A DNA stretch of 24,000 nt from Wukongibacter sp. M2B1. GTDB taxonomy: Bacteria; Bacillota; Clostridia; Peptostreptococcales; Caminicellaceae. The position numbers and the translations under genes are program-made. The number at the start of each line of letters is the position of its first letter. Position 1 is the stretch's first letter. The DNA lies in NCBI RefSeq assembly GCF_050859025.1, contig NZ_CP138200.1:1931495-1955494 (forward strand), read 5' to 3'. Below the pieces are notes generated by a model. It made no database searches. It was not told the DNA's origin and saw nothing but the letters and a program-made list of their open reading frames with translations. Of this stretch, positions 9,734-16,237 are shown piece by piece.

Positions 9734-10087
9734 ACATAGAAAAACAGGACGAATAAATTTAATTTAATTAAATTTTTACAATCCCTGATAAATTATAAAC
9801 ATTATAAAATTATGTATAGTATTACAATTTCAGCAATACGGCTTATTAAAGCCAAATTTGAAAAAATTAGAAAAACTTTATTAGGGACTTATGTCCTATT
9901 AAAATTAATTATGATAATGAGAATTAAATAATATGAATTTTAAAGGGGCTAAGGTAATATAATTACTGTCAACATGGATATGGAGATTATTAAGCATGAA
10001 GAGTAATTTAAAATGAACATTACAAATTGAAATACTAAAACTCCTCTTTGCATTGTCCTAACAAGGAGGAGTCTAGATTTAAACTAT

Positions 10088-10540
10088 TTATTTTTTCATG
10101 GTCTTATCAGCGAACTCAGTTATAACTATTTCTGAGTATGGGGCTCTTTTTTCAAGTCCTATTGCCTGATCTATAATATCCATCATGTGATTAAGTCCTT
10201 CTTCGGTTAATATTAAATCAGGTTTCCAAGTATCTTGGGCCTTATATCTTGCTACTAAAGAAACCAGAACTTCTAAATCAGAATCTGGGAAATGAGGTTG
10301 CAGTGATTTAGCAATTTCTTCAGCACTGTGGTTCTCAACCCATTTCATACCCTTATAAATCCCGTTTGTAAATCCTTGGATTATCTCAGGTTTTTTTTCG
10401 ATATAGCTCTTTTTAGCTGAGTAGCAAGTATAAGGAATGTATCCCCCTTCTTTTCCTATTGAAGCTACTATATAGCCAGCACCTTCTTTTTCCATCATGG
10501 TTGCTGTGGGTTCAAATAGGGTAACATTACCATTTGCAAT
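10088..10540 (-). pseudogene. 3' fragment of an NMT1/SsuA/TauA-like ABC substrate-binding-protein gene, truncated by prophage insertion
   Basis: The reading frame is open upstream of the listed Met (…IANGNVTLFEPTATMMEKEGAGYIVASIG…) up to a TAA at 10541-10543. There is no start codon or signal peptide. Only about 150 C-terminal residues of a normally ~330-aa protein are present, and the recombinase gene begins 35 bp further on. Confidence 0.65.
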
Positions 10541-10574
10541 TTACCTCCATGTAAAAACTAAGCAATTTCAAACT

Positions 10575-12083
10575 TTACAACTTCAAGTAAAACTCTAAAT
10601 CAAAATCTTTCATACCACTATCTTTGTTTTTGGTATATATAATTTTGTCAATGATGCTACTCAAAAAAATATTTTTTTCTTCGGCGTCAACTTCATAATA
10701 ATATGTTTTTAAGAATTCAATACTATTATTAATAAATGGTAACTGGTTTTCTTCAATATTTTTTATCTTCCTTAAACTAGATATTTTCTTCTGTAATTTT
10801 TCTATATCATTATTAGCAACTTCGATTTTGAAAGATAAGGTGTTCATTCTGTTTAGGAAAGTAGCATTATTATATATACCTTGTTCTAATAAATCATACA
10901 ATTTTTCCTTTTGTAGATTTAGTGTTTTAATAAGCTTAATATTTGATTGGATAGTATCCTTTATAACTTTCAATTCAGCACTTTCTACATTTTTCTTGTT
11001 TTTTATAAATTCAAATCTTATTTTTTCTAATTCTTCAATAACAATTTTTACAACTCTCTCTTCAATTAAATATATATAACTTGATTTTACTTTACCACAA
11101 TCCTTGTAACATCTAATATTATCAGGCTTATTCTTTTGAGTTCGGATAGTCATTGTACGGCCACAACCACCACATACAATTAGACCAGCCAGTGGATTTC
11201 TACGCTTTCTATTATCTCGTTTCCTAGGGTTATGTCTTTCTTTTGCAAGTGATTGGGCTTTTTCAAAAATTGTTTCATCTATAATCGCGTCATGTTTACC
11301 TTCAAATACTATCCAATCTTTTCTGTCTTGAAGTCTAGATATTTTTTTACCATCATTGTCGTATCTCTCGATCTTTTTACCCCAAACAATTTTACCCGTA
11401 TAGACAGGGTTTTTCAATATAGTTCTTACAGTAGTTCTATCCCAATTCAAATTATTGTTAGCATTAGGAATTTTATTTTCAATTAAATATTTAGCTATTT
11501 TAGAGTCTCCAAAATCTTGATTTACATACAGATGAAAAATCAATTTAACAACATTAAATTGAGTTTCATGGAATATTAATGTCTTGCCTTCTTTTTTATA
11601 TCCAAAAGGAGCAACAGCACCAATGTAATTACCTTCTTCAAGACTTTTCATCCTCCCACGATGAAGACGTTTCTTTATAATTTTCAGTTCTCTCCGAGCC
11701 ATAAATGCTTCAAACTCACTAAATTCTTCATCAAACTCATTGCTAAGATCATAAATTTTTCTTGGCGTAATGATCTTTGTATCATATCCCTTAAAAGTCT
11801 CCAGAATAAGTCCCTGTTCACGCATATTACCCCTACCAAGCCTATCTATATCCATAACTAATACTGCCTCGTATTTGCCATCCTCGACTTCTCTAAGCAA
11901 TTCCAACATTTTAGGTCGCCTAGTGATAGATTCACCCGAAACAACTTCTTCTTTTATATCTATTATAGTATAATTATTTTTTTGTGCATATGCCAATAGG
12001 GTAGTTCGATGCCTGCTTAAAACTTCCTCATTGGACATATTCTCTTCAGCTCTAGATTTTCTTAAGTAAATACAAACATTCAT
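10575..12083 (-). CDS. Large serine recombinase (phage integrase)
   Basis: 502 aa. The N-terminal resolvase catalytic domain has the YLRKSR nucleophile motif and VMDIDRLGR. It is followed by a recombinase domain, a zinc ribbon (CGGCG ... C-x3-C) and a C-terminal coiled coil. Confidence 0.9.
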   Translation of the reverse strand: MNVCIYLRKSRAEENMSNEEVLSRHRTTLLAYAQKNNYTIIDIKEEVVSGESITRRPKMLELLREVEDGKYEAVLVMDIDRLGRGNMREQGLILETFKGYDTKIITPRKIYDLSNEFDEEFSEFEAFMARRELKIIKKRLHRGRMKSLEEGNYIGAVAPFGYKKEGKTLIFHETQFNVVKLIFHLYVNQDFGDSKIAKYLIENKIPNANNNLNWDRTTVRTILKNPVYTGKIVWGKKIERYDNDGKKISRLQDRKDWIVFEGKHDAIIDETIFEKAQSLAKERHNPRKRDNRKRRNPLAGLIVCGGCGRTMTIRTQKNKPDNIRCYKDCGKVKSSYIYLIEERVVKIVIEELEKIRFEFIKNKKNVESAELKVIKDTIQSNIKLIKTLNLQKEKLYDLLEQGIYNNATFLNRMNTLSFKIEVANNDIEKLQKKISSLRKIKNIEENQLPFINNSIEFLKTYYYEVDAEEKNIFLSSIIDKIIYTKNKDSGMKDFDLEFYLKL

Positions 12084-12130
12084 TACAGCACCACCTGACC
12101 TAGATAATCTTAATTAAATTATAGACTTAT

Positions 12131-12165
12131 TTACAAAAAAATAAAAGCTGCTATTTAAGCAGCTT
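12131..12165 (-). terminator. Rho-independent terminator of the 216-aa membrane-protein gene
   Basis: AAGCTGCT / AGCAGCTT stem with a 5-nt loop. On the minus strand it is followed by TTTTATTTTTTTTG. Confidence 0.75.
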
Positions 12166-12173
12166 ATTGGAAA

Positions 12174-12824
12174 CTATTGTTGGATGTAACAATTTTGCAT
12201 TTTAAAATAATTCCCATCTTTAATAGTTACATATTTACTATTTTCAAAAGTATCATTGCTTATTATAGAATCTATAGTTCCTAAGTTATTCTTAGCAACT
12301 TCAACATATGGCATAGTACCATCAGAAAGAACTTTATATTCGCCAGCTGGAATATCAAATCCTACTTTATATTTACCAGCAATATATTTACCATCCACAG
12401 GTTCATATTTTGGAGCTTCTTTTATTGGGACTGCATAGCAACCTTGGAGTTTTACATACTGCCCATCGCTAATAGATATATAGGAAAATGTTGAGAAATT
12501 ATCATTTGCAATTATACTATCAAAATTTCCTGAACTATCTTTATTAATTTCATAATAGGACATAGCTCCGTTTCCGAATAATTTGTATTCACCAGATGGC
12601 AGATCAGTTCCAATTTTGTAATCTCCGGCTTTGTATTTTGTAAACTTTTCTTCTGGACTAGATTTTTCTTTAGCTTTTTCATTTTCAGGTGTTTCCTTGC
12701 TTTCGATGTTTGCAGCTTCTTTAGATACTTCATCTTGGGATTTCTTATCCCCACCACCTGCTATAGCACCTATAACTATTAGGGCAACAATAGCAATTCC
12801 TATCCATTTTAAAATCTTTTTCAT
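12174..12824 (-). CDS. Membrane-anchored protein with an internally duplicated ~70-aa extracytoplasmic domain, function unknown
   Basis: N-terminal TM anchor (WIGIAIVALIVIGAIAGG) and a K/E-rich linker. Two clearly related repeats follow: YKAGDYKIGTDLPSGEYKLF...DSIIANDNF...ISISDGQYVKLQGCY and YIAGKYKVGFDIPAGEYKVL...DSIISNDTF...VTIKDGNYFKMQNCY. Confidence 0.6.
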   Translation of the reverse strand: MKKILKWIGIAIVALIVIGAIAGGGDKKSQDEVSKEAANIESKETPENEKAKEKSSPEEKFTKYKAGDYKIGTDLPSGEYKLFGNGAMSYYEINKDSSGNFDSIIANDNFSTFSYISISDGQYVKLQGCYAVPIKEAPKYEPVDGKYIAGKYKVGFDIPAGEYKVLSDGTMPYVEVAKNNLGTIDSIISNDTFENSKYVTIKDGNYFKMQNCYIQQ

Positions 12825-12897
12825 AAGTCTCCTCCTTAGATATAATAATTTGCAGAATTATTATATAATACTAGTCATGTAATATTTTAGCAAAACA

Positions 12898-12904
12898 TGT
12901 CGAA
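12898..12904 (+). promoter_or_regulatory. Perfect Spo0A-box heptamer (TGTCGAA), distal site in the divergent promoter region of the agr-like operon
   Basis: Context: AACATGTCGAAAAT. Exact 0A-box consensus. Confidence 0.35.
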
Positions 12905-12989
12905 AATACAAAAATATATTTTGAATTTGAATAGTTTCTATTTGTCAAGGCAAAAACTTAAATTGGTAAAAATTACAATATAAATGGGA

Positions 12990-13007
12990 ATGTTGAAAAT
13001 TCAACAT
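12990..13007. promoter_or_regulatory. 18-bp perfect palindrome, candidate operator upstream of the agr-like operon
   Basis: ATGTTGAA-AA-TTCAACAT, about 75 bp upstream of the 13081 start codon. Confidence 0.35.
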
Positions 13008-13017
13008 CTGCAAAAAA

Positions 13018-13024
13018 TGTCGAA
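13018..13024 (+). promoter_or_regulatory. Perfect Spo0A-box heptamer (TGTCGAA), proximal site about 60 bp upstream of the agr-like operon
   Basis: Context: AAAATGTCGAATTT. Same orientation as the distal site, 120 bp away. Confidence 0.35.
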
Positions 13025-13080
13025 TTTCTTAAATTTTCACAAGTAAAAAAAAATGTTACTATTAAAAAAGAGGAGGGATT

Positions 13081-13965
13081 ATGAATATGTATGTAGATAT
13101 TAATAAAATATTGCTAATAGGTATGCCAGAAACACTTTTAAATATACTATTTGGATTACTAATTTATAAAGGAAGAGAATCTCTAAAAGAAAAAAGTAAT
13201 ATTTGGAAGATTTCATTAATATCTATTGTATTCCCATTATTAGCTTTTAGTATAAAAGGTTACTTAAATAATAGCATTCAAATTCAAATGATACCTGCAT
13301 TGATTATCTTAATTATTTTTATAAAAGTATTGTGGAAAACGAATGTCAGGTGTGCTTTTTTAATGAGTGCAATGGCAACTTTCATAACGTCTATAGGTGA
13401 AATTGCAACAATGCAACCTGTATCAGGTTATATTAAAAATATAATTGCTTTACATGGCTTTATGCATATAAAAGCATTAATAATATGGACTATTCCAACA
13501 AGAATAATTCAATTAATTACTATTTTAGTAGTATATAAATTCAATTTAACATTTAAGAATAATAAATTGCTTTATGGTGAATGGAATGAATTATCTTCAA
13601 CACAGAAAATGACAACTTATAGCTTATTCATACATTTACTAATATCAATCACTATTAGTACAGGCTATGTTGAAATCTTTGTAAAAGCTATGAATAGAAA
13701 TATGTCTATTGACTTTATTAAAATCCCATTAATTGTAATGCTGTTTGGCTCACTTTACATTATCTTTTCAGCATTAAATATATTATTTAGACAAACATTG
13801 TTGGAAGACATAAAAGGTTTATTTTCCCAGGGGGCAAGTAAATTATTCGAAAATATGCTTGAAGCTAGTAACGAGGAAAGACTTTTAGATTACAAGTTGC
13901 AACTTGATAATAAAATGAAAGAATTATCATTAAATGAAAGGAGAGAATCGAATGAAAAAGTTTAG
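13081..13965 (+). CDS. Polytopic (6-7 TM) membrane protein resembling the sensor module of AgrC-type receptors but lacking any kinase domain
   Basis: 294 aa. Six to seven hydrophobic helices span the first ~240 residues. A ~55-aa charged, coiled-coil-like tail follows (…EERLLDYKLQLDNKMKELSLNERRESNEKV) with no His, no H-box and no N/G boxes. The 3' end overlaps the agrD-like start by 14 nt. Confidence 0.5.
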   Translation: MNMYVDINKILLIGMPETLLNILFGLLIYKGRESLKEKSNIWKISLISIVFPLLAFSIKGYLNNSIQIQMIPALIILIIFIKVLWKTNVRCAFLMSAMATFITSIGEIATMQPVSGYIKNIIALHGFMHIKALIIWTIPTRIIQLITILVVYKFNLTFKNNKLLYGEWNELSSTQKMTTYSLFIHLLISITISTGYVEIFVKAMNRNMSIDFIKIPLIVMLFGSLYIIFSALNILFRQTLLEDIKGLFSQGASKLFENMLEASNEERLLDYKLQLDNKMKELSLNERRESNEKV

Positions 13966-14092
13966 CAAGTATTTTCGATATTTATTAGTAGGAACAGGAG
14001 TGCTTCTAATATTTCAAGCTTTAGCTACAAATCCATCAATGGCTTGCCTAGTTGGAGCACATCAAAATGAAACTCCAGATTGCATGAAATAA
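13952..14092 (+). CDS. agrD: AgrD-like autoinducing-peptide precursor (46 aa; below the ORF-track size cutoff)
   Basis: Translation: MKKFSKYFRYLLVGTGVLLIFQALATNPSMACLVGAHQNETPDCMK. AAAGGAGAG RBS lies 7 nt upstream. It has a basic plus hydrophobic leader, a Cys followed by 4 residues, then an HQ-x-E-x-P tail. C. perfringens AgrD has the same layout (…ATSACLWFTHQPEEP…), as does C. difficile AgrD1 (…CPWIIHQPKVP…), both as I recall them. Confidence 0.7.
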   Translation: MKKFSKYFRYLLVGTGVLLIFQALATNPSMACLVGAHQNETPDCMK

Positions 14093-14156
14093 TAGCATTA
14101 CAAATAGATTAATATAAATGAAAGGGCCCTTCATTTATAAAATTAGGTGATATCTA

Positions 14157-14834
14157 ATGATTAAAGCAGTTTTTATTGATGATACAATGGAATATTTGCA
14201 ATGTATTCAAGAATATATGGGAGACTACTTTAAAGAAAAAGGAATATCATTCAAAACTTATTTGATGAAAGACAAGAATGATGATATAAGAATAGAAAAT
14301 GAAATAGTAAAAGAACAACCTGATCTTATATTCTGTGATATGGCTATGCCCCATTGTGACGGCTCTACGCTAATCAAGAGAATCACAAAGATTTATAAAC
14401 CCACAACAATTCTAATTAGTGCAGTTGAGAAAATCAATATCCACAAAGATGAGTTTGATTATATACTAAGGAAACAAATGGATCTTGATATTCTTAAGGA
14501 AGCAATAAATTTAATTATTAGAAGTTTTGAACTTCAAGAAGAACTTACGATTGATGAAATTTTATCAATTGAGTTTCCATACTTGAAATATACTGAAAGA
14601 ATGTATCTAAGAGAAATTGTAAGAAAGTTCAAAGATGTTGAAAATCCTAAAAAAGTTAAAGTTTCTGATATTTCTAGAGCAACAAATAAAGAAGTACATA
14701 CAACAATAGATAGAATTAACAGATTTATAAAAAAAATGTTTAAAGAGAAAATTGATAGAGACTTATTTTTATTTGAGCTATTGAAAGTAGTTTATAAAAG
14801 GGGTTTTCCGAATGATAAACGAAACAGCGAGTAA
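14157..14834 (+). CDS. Response regulator with Spo0A-like C-terminal DNA-binding domain
   Basis: The REC domain has all key residues: FIDD, DLIFCDMAMPHCDG (compare Spo0A DIIMPHLDG), ILISA, YILRK. The C-terminal half parallels Spo0A_C: ERMYLREIV vs GYLYLREAI, and NKEVHTTIDRINRFIKKMF vs TTASRVERAIRHAIEVAW. No LytTR domain. Confidence 0.55.
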   Translation: MIKAVFIDDTMEYLQCIQEYMGDYFKEKGISFKTYLMKDKNDDIRIENEIVKEQPDLIFCDMAMPHCDGSTLIKRITKIYKPTTILISAVEKINIHKDEFDYILRKQMDLDILKEAINLIIRSFELQEELTIDEILSIEFPYLKYTERMYLREIVRKFKDVENPKKVKVSDISRATNKEVHTTIDRINRFIKKMFKEKIDRDLFLFELLKVVYKRGFPNDKRNSE

Positions 14835-15426
14835 AATTAGCAAACTTTTATCAGGACCTGTTTCTGATTCAAAATATTTTGAGGAGTTTTCTAAAGATGA
14901 GATAGAGAATATTATTACATATAATATGGTTAACAATATAAAACAGTGGATTTGGATAATAGCTCTTTTACTATCCACTTGGTTATTACTAATTGCTGGC
15001 ATTGATATAAGGTTTACAACATTGATTATATTTATAACGATTGTAGCATTTCGAAGCAGATTTGGAGGATATCACGCGGATTCTGCAAAAGTATGTATAA
15101 TAATAAGCACAATTATTCCAATTGTCTGTGCATATATAACCATATTTTTAGATTTCAATTTATATCTTATTGTTACTGTGTATATATTTGCATATTTTAC
15201 AGCATTTAAAAAAGGTGTTGTGGACCATCCAAATCGTAGGTTTCAAGAAGGTAACAAAATATTAAATTTAGAAATGAAAAGAAGGCTTTTCAAGACAGGC
15301 GTTATTTTACTAGTTGCCATTAATATAATCCATATACATCTGTTTTTAATTGGCTATGTTTCAATAAGCGATGCAATGACATTGGGAACATTGATTAGTT
15401 TTATAAACTTATATTTTGGGAAATAG
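14812..15426 (+). CDS. agrB: AgrB-family membrane peptidase/cyclase
   Basis: 204 aa with about 5-6 TM helices. It has the hallmark catalytic motif FRSRFGGYHADSAKVC (AgrB consensus R..aGG.HA.s...C with the essential His and Cys). A downstream VDHPNRRF ... KRR basic loop resembles AgrB (a.tpnkP...k.kk). Overlaps the regulator gene by 23 nt. Confidence 0.8.
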   Translation: MINETASKISKLLSGPVSDSKYFEEFSKDEIENIITYNMVNNIKQWIWIIALLLSTWLLLIAGIDIRFTTLIIFITIVAFRSRFGGYHADSAKVCIIISTIIPIVCAYITIFLDFNLYLIVTVYIFAYFTAFKKGVVDHPNRRFQEGNKILNLEMKRRLFKTGVILLVAINIIHIHLFLIGYVSISDAMTLGTLISFINLYFGK

Positions 15427-15515
15427 AGATTTTTTTAGAAAGGGTACCTAAATCATCATTTGGATTCGTATTCTTATTATAGGGACTCTAAGCTTTTCTA
15501 AAGGGGGGAGGATTG

Positions 15516-15653
15516 ATGGATAGGGATAAAATAAAGAAAGACACTGAATCTCAATCTAATAAGGATGCAAAGAAAGAAATATGTACCAATCTCCCAAAGA
15601 CTTTTTCTAGAATAGTTGATGATGAAATAATCATAACTAAAAAGAGAGAATAA
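15516..15653 (+). CDS. 45-aa hydrophilic peptide ORF downstream of agrB, function unknown
   Basis: Translation: MDRDKIKKDTESQSNKDAKKEICTNLPKTFSRIVDDEIIITKKRE. A very strong RBS (AAGGGGGGAGG) lies 4-5 nt upstream. It ends just before the bidirectional terminator. One Cys, and no signal or amphipathic leader. Confidence 0.45.
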   Translation: MDRDKIKKDTESQSNKDAKKEICTNLPKTFSRIVDDEIIITKKRE

Positions 15654-15654
15654 T

Positions 15655-15682
15655 AAATACCTCAGTTGTGTCTGAGGTATTT
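15655..15682. terminator. Bidirectional terminator between the agr-like operon and the convergent repressor gene
   Basis: Perfect 11-bp inverted repeat AAATACCTCAG / CTGAGGTATTT with a 6-nt loop. Confidence 0.75.
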
Positions 15683-15693
15683 CACATTGGAAA

Positions 15694-16086
15694 CTATTTA
15701 TTTTTATATTTCTTTTTTACTTCTATATATATCTTTAATCCTTCAATTAAGTCATCCGGATCTATTTCTTCCTTTTTCATTTTTTTTGCAAATTCAATAT
15801 ATTTAATATTTTGAGAAGCAAATAGTTCACGGTACTCTTCTGGTACTAGTGGAGTCAATTCTTCTTTACTATATGTTTGCTTTGATGGATTTCTATCATT
15901 CGTTCTACATAGTAAATAATCTATTGATACATCAAAGTAATCTGCCATCTTTCTTAAAGTATTAGAATCCGGATCTCTTTTCCCTTTTTCATAGGCACTA
16001 ATAGTTTGCTGAGTAACTTGGAATACTTCAGCAAATTCACTTTGACTTAATCCTTTTTCTTTTCTCAACATTGCAATCCTATTCAT
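15694..16086 (-). CDS. CI-like phage repressor (XRE-family HTH)
   Basis: MNRIAMLRKEKGLSQSEFAEVFQVTQQTISAYEKGKRDPD... is a classic HTH_3, followed by a ~65-aa C-terminal domain. Start placed at ATG 16084-16086 behind an AAAGGTGA RBS. The 184-aa track ORF merely reads on through the operator region. Confidence 0.85.
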   Translation of the reverse strand: MNRIAMLRKEKGLSQSEFAEVFQVTQQTISAYEKGKRDPDSNTLRKMADYFDVSIDYLLCRTNDRNPSKQTYSKEELTPLVPEEYRELFASQNIKYIEFAKKMKKEEIDPDDLIEGLKIYIEVKKKYKNK

Positions 16087-16119
16087 ATAATCACCTTTTT
16101 TTTTATTCCTTTCTATTAT

Positions 16120-16134
16120 ACAACTTTTAGTGGT
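16120..16134. promoter_or_regulatory. Degenerate fourth operator copy next to the leftward (repressor) promoter
   Basis: ACAACTTTTAGTGGT matches ACAAC-N5-GTTGT with one arm mismatch. It touches a minus-strand TATAAT at 16115-16120. Confidence 0.4.
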
Positions 16135-16167
16135 TAAAGAAAAACAGAAAAATGTTGTATTTTTGTA

Positions 16168-16196
16168 TTGACTACAACAAATAGTTGTGATATTAT
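16168..16196 (+). promoter_or_regulatory. Rightward early promoter (PR-like)
   Basis: TTGACT (16168-16173), a 17-bp spacer, then TATTAT (16191-16196; TATAAT also at 16194-16199). The spacer is occupied by operator O1. Confidence 0.55.
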
Positions 16197-16215
16197 AATT
16201 ACAACAAATAGTTGT
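16174..16215. promoter_or_regulatory. Two identical 15-bp palindromic operators (16174-16188 and 16201-16215) flanking the -10 of PR
   Basis: ACAACAAATAGTTGT occurs twice exactly, 27 bp centre to centre, between the divergent repressor and cro-like genes. Confidence 0.75.
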
Positions 16216-16237
16216 TATTGTTGAAGGAGGTGTTATC

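Noticed and set aside
9623-10087. A 465-bp AT-rich intergenic region screened for small ORFs, RNA genes and att-like repeats.
   Set aside because: Only very short ORFs (about 9-13 codons) without an RBS were found. Nothing is recognisable beyond the 0A box and a weak long-loop hairpin (ACTCCTC...GAGGAGT, about 10041-10073), probably the terminator of the truncated binding-protein gene.
10541-10575. Defining the exact att core and recombinase binding arms at the prophage junction.
   Set aside because: Serine-integrase cores are 2-bp crossovers within weakly symmetric sites. Without the other junction or an empty site, the crossover cannot be located from this window.
12898-13024. Claiming statistical enrichment of TGTCGAA in the window.
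   Set aside because: A rough hand estimate gives about 2-3 chance occurrences in 24 kb on both strands, so three hits is not an excess. Only the exclusively promoter-proximal placement is reported, and as suggestive.
15516-15653. The 45-aa ORF after agrB as the canonical AgrD (the usual agrB-agrD order).
   Set aside because: It has no amphipathic or hydrophobic leader and no C-x4 ring followed by an acidic/Pro tail. The 13952-14092 peptide fits the AgrD pattern far better. It is kept only as an unknown peptide gene.
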